DNA of 55,342 bases from the NCBI GenBank assembly GCA_013696465.1, contig JACCYN010000379.1, positions 1 to 55,342 on the forward strand, in the 5' to 3' direction. Origin of the DNA: Pyrinomonadaceae bacterium (GTDB lineage Bacteria > Acidobacteriota > Blastocatellia > Pyrinomonadales > Pyrinomonadaceae). The position numbers were made by a program, and so were the translations under genes. This document shows positions 45,849 through 55,342 of the stretch, piece by piece; positions within the stretch are counted from its first letter, which is position 1; every line of letters starts with the position of its first letter. Under the pieces are notes generated by a model, which had not been told where the DNA came from, did not search any database, and was given only the letters and a program-made list of their open reading frames with translations.

Positions 45849-47357
45849 TTATTTCCCGTACCAGCCCATCGGCTTATCGGAGAGATCGACCCAGACGCTT
45901 TTAATTTGCGTGTAGAGTTCGAGCGCGTGTCGGCCCATTTCGCGGCCGTAGCCGGATTGCTTGTAGCCGCCGAAGGGCGAGGCGGCGTTCATAATGTTGA
46001 AGGTATTGATCCAGATTGTTCCGGCCTTAATCTCGCGCGCGAAGCGATGCGCGCGCGTGATGTCTTTCGTCCAGATTCCGGCGGAGAGTCCGTAAATGGT
46101 TTCGTTCGCTTGCCGTATTAAATCCTCTTCATCGCTAAACGTGATCACGGATGCAACGGGGCCGAATATCTCTTCCTGCGCGACGCGCATCGTGTTGTGC
46201 ACTTCGCTGAAGATGGTCGGCTGAAAGAAAAATCCTTTTCCCAAGTTGCCTTCAAGGTTGGAGCGATTGCCGCCCGCCAAAACAGTCGCGCCTTCCTCGC
46301 GCGCGACGTCAACGTAAGCAGCGACGCGATTTAGTTGTTCCTCTGAAACTTGCGGCCCCATCAAGGTCGTCTGCTCCATCGGATCGCCGACCTTAACTTT
46401 GCTCGCGCGCTCTTTGAAGCGATCAAGGAATTCGTCCTTAATACGCTCGTGGAGGAAGACACGCGAACCGGCACAGCACACTTGCCCTTGATTGTAGAAG
46501 ATGCCCATCATCGCGCCGCTTACGGCTTGGTTGATGTCGGCGTCGGCGAAGACGATGTTCGGAGCTTTGCCGCCGAGTTCGAGCGAGACTTTCGTAAGGT
46601 TATCTGCCGCCGCGTGTGCGATTCTCTTTCCGACTTCCGTTGAGCCGGTGAAAGCAATCTTGTCAATATCCTTATGAGAAGCGAGCGCCGCTCCGGCCGT
46701 TTCGCCGTAGCCCGGCACGATGTTGACGACGCCATCGGGGAAGCCCGCCTCTTGGATTAACTTTCCTAATTCCAATGCCGTCACCGGAGTTTGCTCGGCG
46801 GGTTTTAAGACCACTGTGTTTCCGGCGGCAAGCGCGGGAGCTAATTTCCATGCCGCCATCAGCAGCGGAAAGTTCCAGGGGATGATCTGCCCGCAGACGC
46901 CCAAGGGTTCGCGCAGAGTATAGTTGAACATCTGACCGGGCACGGGGATCGTCTCGCCTTCGATCTTCGTCGTCGCGCCCGCGAAGTATTCAAAATTTTC
47001 GACGACTTGCGGCAGATCAACAAACGATGATTCGCGGATCGGTTTACCGTTGTCGGACGTCTCAAGCGCGGCGAGTTCTTTCGCGTGCGATTCGATGAGT
47101 CCCGCCAACTTGTAAAGCAATCGTCCGCGATCTCGCGCGCTGATGCGCGACCATTTGCCTTCAAACGCCCGACGCGCCGCCTTTACCGCTTTATCCACGT
47201 CGGCTTTGTCGGCTTCGGCGACTTCGGCCAACGCTTCGCCGGTCGCCGGGTTAGGCGTCGTAAAAGTTTTGCCTGATTCGGCATCCTCCCATTTGCCGTC
47301 AATGAAAAGTTGATAGCGTCTCACGGTTTCGGTCGTGGTCTGTTGCGCGCTAGACAT
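45849..47357 (-). CDS. NAD(P)-dependent aldehyde dehydrogenase
   Basis: 502 aa. Contains the catalytic Glu region ELGGKAP, the catalytic Cys region GQVCCAGSR, and the cofactor motif FTGSTEVG. Confidence 0.9.
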   Translation of the reverse strand: MSSAQQTTTETVRRYQLFIDGKWEDAESGKTFTTPNPATGEALAEVAEADKADVDKAVKAARRAFEGKWSRISARDRGRLLYKLAGLIESHAKELAALETSDNGKPIRESSFVDLPQVVENFEYFAGATTKIEGETIPVPGQMFNYTLREPLGVCGQIIPWNFPLLMAAWKLAPALAAGNTVVLKPAEQTPVTALELGKLIQEAGFPDGVVNIVPGYGETAGAALASHKDIDKIAFTGSTEVGKRIAHAAADNLTKVSLELGGKAPNIVFADADINQAVSGAMMGIFYNQGQVCCAGSRVFLHERIKDEFLDRFKERASKVKVGDPMEQTTLMGPQVSEEQLNRVAAYVDVAREEGATVLAGGNRSNLEGNLGKGFFFQPTIFSEVHNTMRVAQEEIFGPVASVITFSDEEDLIRQANETIYGLSAGIWTKDITRAHRFAREIKAGTIWINTFNIMNAASPFGGYKQSGYGREMGRHALELYTQIKSVWVDLSDKPMGWYGK

Positions 47358-47387
47358 AAAAAGAAACTCCTCGAAAACGTACTTGAT

Positions 47388-48629
47388 GTGCTCACTGGAT
47401 CGTTAAAGCTTCCATTACTTTATCACCACGCGAAAGTTTCTGTCCAAGCGCGCAGTTTTCTCGTTTTGAAATTCGCAGGATTAGATTGTAACCTTCACCG
47501 CGTGAACAACAACCGAACCTTCGGGCGCGCGGGCGAAGATTTCATTCCATTCTCCAACATCGCCGATGACGTGTGGCATAACGACAAAGAGATCGGGGCT
47601 TACGAATGGTGGTATTTCGACGCTGCGAGCGACGACGGGCGCGATGTGCTCGTCGTCATCTTCCTTACCAACTTCATCTTTTCGCCGCGTTACAATCAAG
47701 CAGTTTCAAACGCACAAAGCAAAGATAATTCTTCCGCTCCTCCGCAGTTTCCCGCCGTCTCCGTCTGGTGGTATAGAAATGGCAAGGTTCGATTGCGCCT
47801 CGTCAACGAATACGCTTCCGAATTGTTCGCCGCGAGCACGAGCAGTCCAGAGTGTCGCATCGGCGCGAGCGGTTTTCACCTTGAGCGACAAAATGGCGAA
47901 GTTCGTTATTGTGTGCAACTAGACGAGACGATGCGGCGCGGGCGCAAACTACAGGCGTCGCTCGAATGGTGCGTCGTCGAAGGCGATCTCGCTCCGCGTC
48001 CGCGCGAGTCACACCGCTCCGCATCACCTCCCGCGCACGAATGGAACTTGGTTGCGCCGCGCTGCCACGTAAACGGCACGCTCAACGTGCTTGATTCAAA
48101 CAGCAGCAACCGCGCACACCGATTTAGCGGCACCGGCTATCACGATCACAACCGCGACCGAAGACCGATGGCGCAGACGATTTCCGAATGGCAATGGGGA
48201 CGCGCACATTTCAGGGAGCGCACAATGATTTTCTATCGCTATGCGGGACGCGACCTTGAACGCTCAAGCGCAGCACGCCTGTTCGTTGTTCACAGAAACA
48301 AACTTGTCACTCACGACGCGCGATTCATCCACGAAGACGTGCGCCGCGATCTCTTTGGGTTGCGCTACCCGCGCGCGTTACGCATTGAGTTTCAAGATGA
48401 ATCGGGCGCGCCCGCCGTGTTGCATGTGGCTCAAAGACATTTGCTTGAAAGCAGTTTCTTTTACCTGCGCTTTTTAGGCGAAGCACGACTGGAAACATCG
48501 GGCGCGAACGGCGAACAAGCGTCAATCATTAGCGAATATCTCGCGCCGCGCGCGCTTCAGTGGCGCTGGCTGCACTGGCTCATCAACATGCGCATTGGCA
48601 GAGAAAATCGTAGCTCATTTTTGCCATAA
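47388..48629 (+). CDS. CrtC (hydroxyneurosporene synthase / carotenoid 1,2-hydratase)-like protein
   Basis: YEWWYFDAASDDGRDVLVVIF resembles the conserved CrtC N-terminal motif. There is no ATG downstream of the divergent ALDH gene; candidate starts are GTG 47388, TTG 47466 and GTG 47502. Confidence 0.55.
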   Translation: MLTGSLKLPLLYHHAKVSVQARSFLVLKFAGLDCNLHRVNNNRTFGRAGEDFIPFSNIADDVWHNDKEIGAYEWWYFDAASDDGRDVLVVIFLTNFIFSPRYNQAVSNAQSKDNSSAPPQFPAVSVWWYRNGKVRLRLVNEYASELFAASTSSPECRIGASGFHLERQNGEVRYCVQLDETMRRGRKLQASLEWCVVEGDLAPRPRESHRSASPPAHEWNLVAPRCHVNGTLNVLDSNSSNRAHRFSGTGYHDHNRDRRPMAQTISEWQWGRAHFRERTMIFYRYAGRDLERSSAARLFVVHRNKLVTHDARFIHEDVRRDLFGLRYPRALRIEFQDESGAPAVLHVAQRHLLESSFFYLRFLGEARLETSGANGEQASIISEYLAPRALQWRWLHWLINMRIGRENRSSFLP

Positions 48630-48630
48630 T

Positions 48631-48690
48631 GAAGAAAAGAAAGTCAGGAGACAGAATGAAAACACTTTTTATTCTGTCTCCTTTTTCTTC
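48631..48690. terminator. bidirectional terminator-like hairpin between convergent genes (member of the palindrome family)
   Basis: A perfect 12-bp stem AGGAGACAGAAT (48646..48657) / ATTCTGTCTCCT (48671..48682), plus an outer stem GAAGAAAA / TTTTCTTC. A/T-rich runs flank it on both sides. Confidence 0.6.
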
Positions 48691-49852
48691 ACCCTTCCGC
48701 GTTTATCGTTTCCACCTGCGGCTCTTCCATCTCTTCATCGGCGGCGTAACGCAGATCGCGGTCGCCCGTAATCTCATCCCAATCGTAGCCGAGGTAAGCG
48801 GAGAAAAGATAAAGCTTGCGCTCCCAAGATTCTCGCCGCGCGCTGTATTTCTCCCAACCCGCTCTCCGGTTGCGGCGTACCTTGATTCCAGCATCGGTCA
48901 AACGCTCCATCGTCTCATTGAAGCGTTGTCTCCAGCGGCGCGATTCCTCAAACGGCGTTTCGGCATGACTTTCTTCCGCGCTTCGTTCCAAACAAAGAGA
49001 AGCGATCAGTTGATTGAGCACGTAGTGCGCGCTCGCTTCCAAGATTCGCACCTCCGGGTGGCTGTGCGTCTCGATGTAGTCGTCCGCGTCGAGACACGAT
49101 TGAATCACGGCGCACGTTTCGAGCACGAGAAACAGCACACGCGGCAAACTCTTATGAACTTCGACGGGATGAAAATAGTGAATGACGGGGTGTTCGGCGT
49201 GCGATTCCGAAAGCCCTTGAATGTCGCGCGCGGCGTACCGCAGCGTGCTTTCTAAACCGTAGAAACGCCCGCCGACGAAATGATGCGCGATGAAGCCTGC
49301 AACGTCCGCGCCCTCTTCCGCCTGATGATAAAAAGAGAGCGCGACGGCGCGCTTGCGCTCCAACGCGCCGAAGACCGTGATCAAGTAAGTCACCGCCAGA
49401 GAGATCAGCGCGATCCCGGTCGCGGACTCCAACAGCGCGGTTAGTCGCATCCCCGTGCTACGCGGCACGATGTCTCCGTAGCCGACCGTAGTTAGGGTGA
49501 CGCTGCTGAAATAAATTGATTCGATCCACACCGGACTCACCGCCTCCCTGTCAACGCTAAATTCGACGGGCATTCGCGGCAGGTAGATGAGCGCGAAACC
49601 GATGACAAGCGCAATGATGTAGGTGGTGATCAGGAGCGGCAAAAGGAGCGGGCCGATTGTGTTCAGCAGGCGGTGGCGGCGCGGGCGCGGAAACTTAAAA
49701 GCGACGAAGCGCGCGACGCGCCAGACACCACGATTTAGTTTGTCGCTGATAGGACCGGCACGGGCGCGGGCGTGAAGAATCGTAGCGTAAACATCGTAGG
49801 CCACGATGAACAGCAAACCCGCTCCGAACAAAGTTGAAACTAACGTCAGCAT
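48689..49852 (-). CDS. potassium channel protein with uncharacterised C-terminal cytoplasmic domain
   Basis: Contains the selectivity filter TLTTVGYGD flanked by TM helices. The C-terminal region of about 215 aa has no RCK-type GxGxxG motif. Confidence 0.8.
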   Translation of the reverse strand: MLTLVSTLFGAGLLFIVAYDVYATILHARARAGPISDKLNRGVWRVARFVAFKFPRPRRHRLLNTIGPLLLPLLITTYIIALVIGFALIYLPRMPVEFSVDREAVSPVWIESIYFSSVTLTTVGYGDIVPRSTGMRLTALLESATGIALISLAVTYLITVFGALERKRAVALSFYHQAEEGADVAGFIAHHFVGGRFYGLESTLRYAARDIQGLSESHAEHPVIHYFHPVEVHKSLPRVLFLVLETCAVIQSCLDADDYIETHSHPEVRILEASAHYVLNQLIASLCLERSAEESHAETPFEESRRWRQRFNETMERLTDAGIKVRRNRRAGWEKYSARRESWERKLYLFSAYLGYDWDEITGDRDLRYAADEEMEEPQVETINAEG

Positions 49853-49862
49853 CCGTCACAAG

Positions 49863-49911
49863 CGAAAGCACTCGCCGCAAAGGTTCACTTCCGAACGGCG
49901 AATGCTTTTCG
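49863..49911 (-). terminator. hairpin downstream of acnA
   Basis: CGAAAGCACTCGCCG (49863..49877) and CGGCGAATGCTTTTCG (49896..49911) are complementary apart from one mismatch and one bulge. There is no clear T tract. Confidence 0.35.
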
Positions 49912-49966
49912 TTACAGTCTTCACACAAGAATTAAAGTTTGCGCACCAACCCTTCCGACTTTACGC

Positions 49967-52873
<2,907 letters not shown>

Positions 52874-53082
52874 AAGATTTAAGCGAACTGGTGAGCCTCA
52901 ACTTCTTCAGCCACAAACAACGAGCGGGAAGCGATGATTGGCAGTTCAAAAGCGTCAGCGTGCAAGCGATTGATCGAAGCTAATCACTTTATTTCTGTAA
53001 GTTTTAGTTTACGGGGCGCACTCGCCAAACGTCAAGCGACCCTTTGAAAAGACATCGCTCCGCTATGACAAGCGGAAAGAAT

Positions 53083-53111
53083 TTGCCCGCCGCAAGTTGA
53101 TTTGCTATATT
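53083..53111 (+). promoter_or_regulatory. candidate sigma-70-type promoter
   Basis: TTGCCC (53083..53088), a 17-nt spacer, then TATATT (53106..53111), about 110 nt upstream of ATG 53221. Confidence 0.3.
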
Positions 53112-53220
53112 TTCCGCGCACAATAAAACGAACAAAGCGTCGAAACCTGTGTCCCGCGCGAAGCACCGAAAGCTTTTCCCGTGCGTCCGCTTGGAGTTGG
53201 TTTCAAGGAGTTATAAGCGA

Positions 53221-53619
53221 ATGCCGAAGAAGCGACCGGAGAACTTCGAATATCTGAGCAACGATCCGAACTTCGTGCCCGACCCGGAGATCGAGCAGTT
53301 TATGGAGGAAGAGATCGCGCGCGCACCAAAAGACCCCGACATGCTCGCCGACCGTCTGCGCGAAAACACGGCCGCTTCGCCCCGCGATGCGGGCGGCGAC
53401 ATTGACGCGACGTGGGAAGACGTGAACGGTAGCGGCGAGGAATCAGTCGCGGGCGACAACCCGACGCCCGATCAATCCGACACCGAAGAAAACGCGCAAG
53501 CCATCGGCGTTACTTACGAAGACAACGAAGAGTTGGAATTCATTGACAAGATTGACCGCCGCGACCGCCAGCGTTTTGAACTCGATCCGCGCTCAAAGAC
53601 AGAAGATGATTCGATCTAA
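53221..53619 (+). CDS. acidic small protein, DUF6335-like
   Basis: ATG 53221 is preceded by AAGGAG. GGDIDATWEDVNGSGEESVAGDNPTPDQ and RDRQRFELDPRS resemble my recollection of DUF6335. Confidence 0.5.
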   Translation: MPKKRPENFEYLSNDPNFVPDPEIEQFMEEEIARAPKDPDMLADRLRENTAASPRDAGGDIDATWEDVNGSGEESVAGDNPTPDQSDTEENAQAIGVTYEDNEELEFIDKIDRRDRQRFELDPRSKTEDDSI

Positions 53620-53642
53620 TTTTGTGGGTTGATTAAATTCTA

Positions 53643-53679
53643 AAGAGGGTGACTCAAATGGTCGCCCTCTTCTTTTGTG
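53643..53679 (+). terminator. rho-independent terminator
   Basis: An 11-bp stem AAGAGGGTGAC / GTCGCCCTCTT (one G-U pair) with a 7-nt loop, followed by CTTTTGTG. Confidence 0.65.
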
Positions 53680-53680
53680 A

Positions 53681-54406
53681 TTACCGCACTTGCGCGCCGA
53701 GAAAATTGCTGCGCGGTTGCAGGGTAACGCTCTTTATTACAATCGGATCGGCCGGACGCTCAGTTCCTTCTGCAACCGGGGCACTGCTGATCACATCAAC
53801 TGTATCCATACCTTTGATGACGCGGCCGAAAACGGTGTAACGCTGATTGAAAGCGGGTTGGCGTTTGGTAGTAATGAAGAATTGACTGTTGGCTGAATTC
53901 GGTGAAGCTGAGCGCGCCGCGCCCAGCGTGCCGCGCTCGAAAGGCACGTCGCTAAATTCCGCCGTCAGATCGGGGCGATCTGATCCGCCTGACCCGTCGT
54001 TCGCCGGGTTATTGTCTTTCGAGAGCGGATCGCCGCCTTGAATAATTCCGAGTTCCGGGTCAATCCGGTGAAACGTCTGGTTGTTGTAAAATCCTTCGCC
54101 CGCAAGTTGCTTCAATCTTTTCACCGCCTCCGGCGCAAGATTCGGGTAAAGCTCAACGACGATCTGCCCGTAATAATTTGTATCAATCACTGCCACCTCC
54201 GCGTCCGGCTGCGGTGCAACGCCGCGTTTGATAAGCGACTGATCAATTCCATCCTCACCTTCTTCATCGAAATCCCGCGTCGCCGTTTGATTCGCGTTGC
54301 ACGCCGCGAGCAAACACACCAGCGCGAGCAACATCACGAAAGACCACACGCGCGCGCCGTTTCTCAATGGATTCTTCAAACCGAACTTCACAAAATTTTC
54401 TTCCAC
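53681..54406 (-). CDS. cyclophilin-type peptidyl-prolyl cis-trans isomerase, lipoprotein
   Basis: Contains the cyclophilin motifs FHRIDPELGIIQGGDP, GTLGAARSASPNSANSQFFI and YTVFGRV. It has a lipobox (LLAAC). GTG 54406 is preceded by GGAGG; the track start TTG 54451 would overlap dtd. Confidence 0.85.
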   Translation of the reverse strand: MEENFVKFGLKNPLRNGARVWSFVMLLALVCLLAACNANQTATRDFDEEGEDGIDQSLIKRGVAPQPDAEVAVIDTNYYGQIVVELYPNLAPEAVKRLKQLAGEGFYNNQTFHRIDPELGIIQGGDPLSKDNNPANDGSGGSDRPDLTAEFSDVPFERGTLGAARSASPNSANSQFFITTKRQPAFNQRYTVFGRVIKGMDTVDVISSAPVAEGTERPADPIVIKSVTLQPRSNFLGAQVR

Positions 54407-54428
54407 TAAACCCCTCCGCACATAATTT

Positions 54429-54878
54429 CTAAAAAACTTTTCGACTATCAATCAAGATCGTCACCGGGCCGTCGTTGACAAGCTCAACCTGCATCATCCG
54501 CCGAAAGCTGCCCGTCTCAACTTTTTCGATTTTCTCCCGCGCCATCCGCACGAACGCATCATACAAAGGTTCAGCTCTTTCCGGTGCTGCCGCCTCGCTC
54601 CACGACGGCCGCCGCCCGCGCCTCATATCACCGTACAACGTAAACTGCGATACGACGAGTAACGCCCCGCCCACGTCAACAATCGACCTGTTCATCTGCC
54701 CTTCGTTATTGTTAAACGCGCGCAAGCCCGCGATCTTTTCGACGAGATGCTCCGCGTCCCTTTCTGTATCATCGTCCTTCACACCCAGCAGCACAAGCAA
54801 ACCCGACTCGATTGCGCCGACCATTTCATTTTCAACTTTTACGCTCGCGCTTGTCACGCGCTGCAACACGGCTCGCAT
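54429..54878 (-). CDS. dtd: D-aminoacyl-tRNA deacylase
   Basis: 149 aa. Contains MRAVLQRV...LLVLLGV...[11 protein letters not shown]...GRRPSW, the canonical Dtd motifs. Confidence 0.9.
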   Translation of the reverse strand: MRAVLQRVTSASVKVENEMVGAIESGLLVLLGVKDDDTERDAEHLVEKIAGLRAFNNNEGQMNRSIVDVGGALLVVSQFTLYGDMRRGRRPSWSEAAAPERAEPLYDAFVRMAREKIEKVETGSFRRMMQVELVNDGPVTILIDSRKVF

Positions 54879-55293
54879 AATTTTTCAAGCGTACGCGGCG
54901 GCATATCAAGGCACAAAGTTGAAACTTATCACGCCCGTTACCTTTGACAGCCTGCCCGCTTAACTCCGTCGGGGTGAAACGCCAGCGCCTAGCCGCCTGC
55001 TCTGAAGCTTGCCTTAACTCTTGAGGGCCGCTAACCGCTTTCGCGCTGATTACTCTTCCGGTTTCATCAACGGTAATTTGAACTATCACAGTTCCAGATA
55101 TGCGCACGCCAAGTGGATAGGCGGGTGCAAACTTAGCGAGCGCTCTTCCCGTCAGCACGCCGCCCGCAACCGTTCCGTCAACATTCAAAGGGGTGCTTCC
55201 GTCTGTTGAATTATTAGTAGAAGAGCTAAGAATTTCTGACAAACGTTTTTGCAGCCGGTTGGCTTGCTCTTCCCGATTCATCTTCACGGACAT
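54832..55293 (-). CDS. TonB C-terminal-domain protein with probable 3' frameshift
   Basis: [33 protein letters not shown]...[10 protein letters not shown] is a TonB_C pattern. The annotated tail overlaps dtd by 47 nt, while an alternative frame gives a canonical ending (see finding). There is no N-terminal TM helix. Confidence 0.65.
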   Translation of the reverse strand: MSVKMNREEQANRLQKRLSEILSSSTNNSTDGSTPLNVDGTVAGGVLTGRALAKFAPAYPLGVRISGTVIVQITVDETGRVISAKAVSGPQELRQASEQAARRWRFTPTELSGQAVKGNGRDKFQLCALICRRVRLKNYASRVAARDKRERKS

Positions 55294-55342
55294 AACTATG
55301 TAATGCTCAAACGCTTGTTTGAGCTTCTGACGTGTCGCGGGC

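Noticed and set aside
48629-49255. A 208-aa plus-strand ORF beginning at the hairpin, with a good SD-ATG at 48646..48659.
   Set aside because: It is antisense to the well-supported K+ channel gene. The apparent RBS and start are part of the palindromic element.

Overview
This is a 55.3-kb chromosomal segment from a moderately high-G+C diderm bacterium, shown by Lpt, Mla, a Wza-like exporter and a TonB-domain gene. My unverified guess is Acidobacteriota. The content is mostly housekeeping and tightly packed, with many 1-4 nt start/stop overlaps. Genes in order: hemA-hemC-hemD plus an orphan sigma-54 response regulator; an AT-richer islet with an APH-type kinase; a metalloenzyme-MFS pair; RNase P RNA (rnpB, minus strand). 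A roughly 26-kb minus-strand block follows: a Wza-like exporter, then ferredoxin, LptC/A-like, lptB, rpoN, hpf, hprK, rapZ, EIIA(Man), ptsH and ptsI (the conserved rpoN neighbourhood with a permease-less regulatory PTS), then recJ, uppP, rnj, rsmA, ribD, ftsY and an HD-GYP protein. After that come an ECF sigma/anti-sigma/LTXXQ module, mlaEFD, an aldehyde dehydrogenase, a CrtC-like protein, a K+ channel, acnA, a cyclophilin and dtd. I saw no CRISPR array, transposase, integrase, tRNA/rRNA or recognisable defence island, and I cannot point to a clear multi-gene novel system. The most noteworthy observations are: (i) a family of purine-rich imperfect palindromes in at least five intergenic spacers, two of which share a 34-nt core; (ii) a CPBP-family protein whose catalytic EExxxR box reads QQxxxQ; (iii) two paralogous zinc-ribbon membrane proteins with a shared C-terminal SVT(D/E)xTTxLLE box, one coupled to an SPFH-less NfeD; (iv) a 775-aa LptC/LptA-like multi-domain protein; (v) a 1-nt frameshift at the end of a TonB_C gene. 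All domain calls come from motif recognition by eye; no searches were run.
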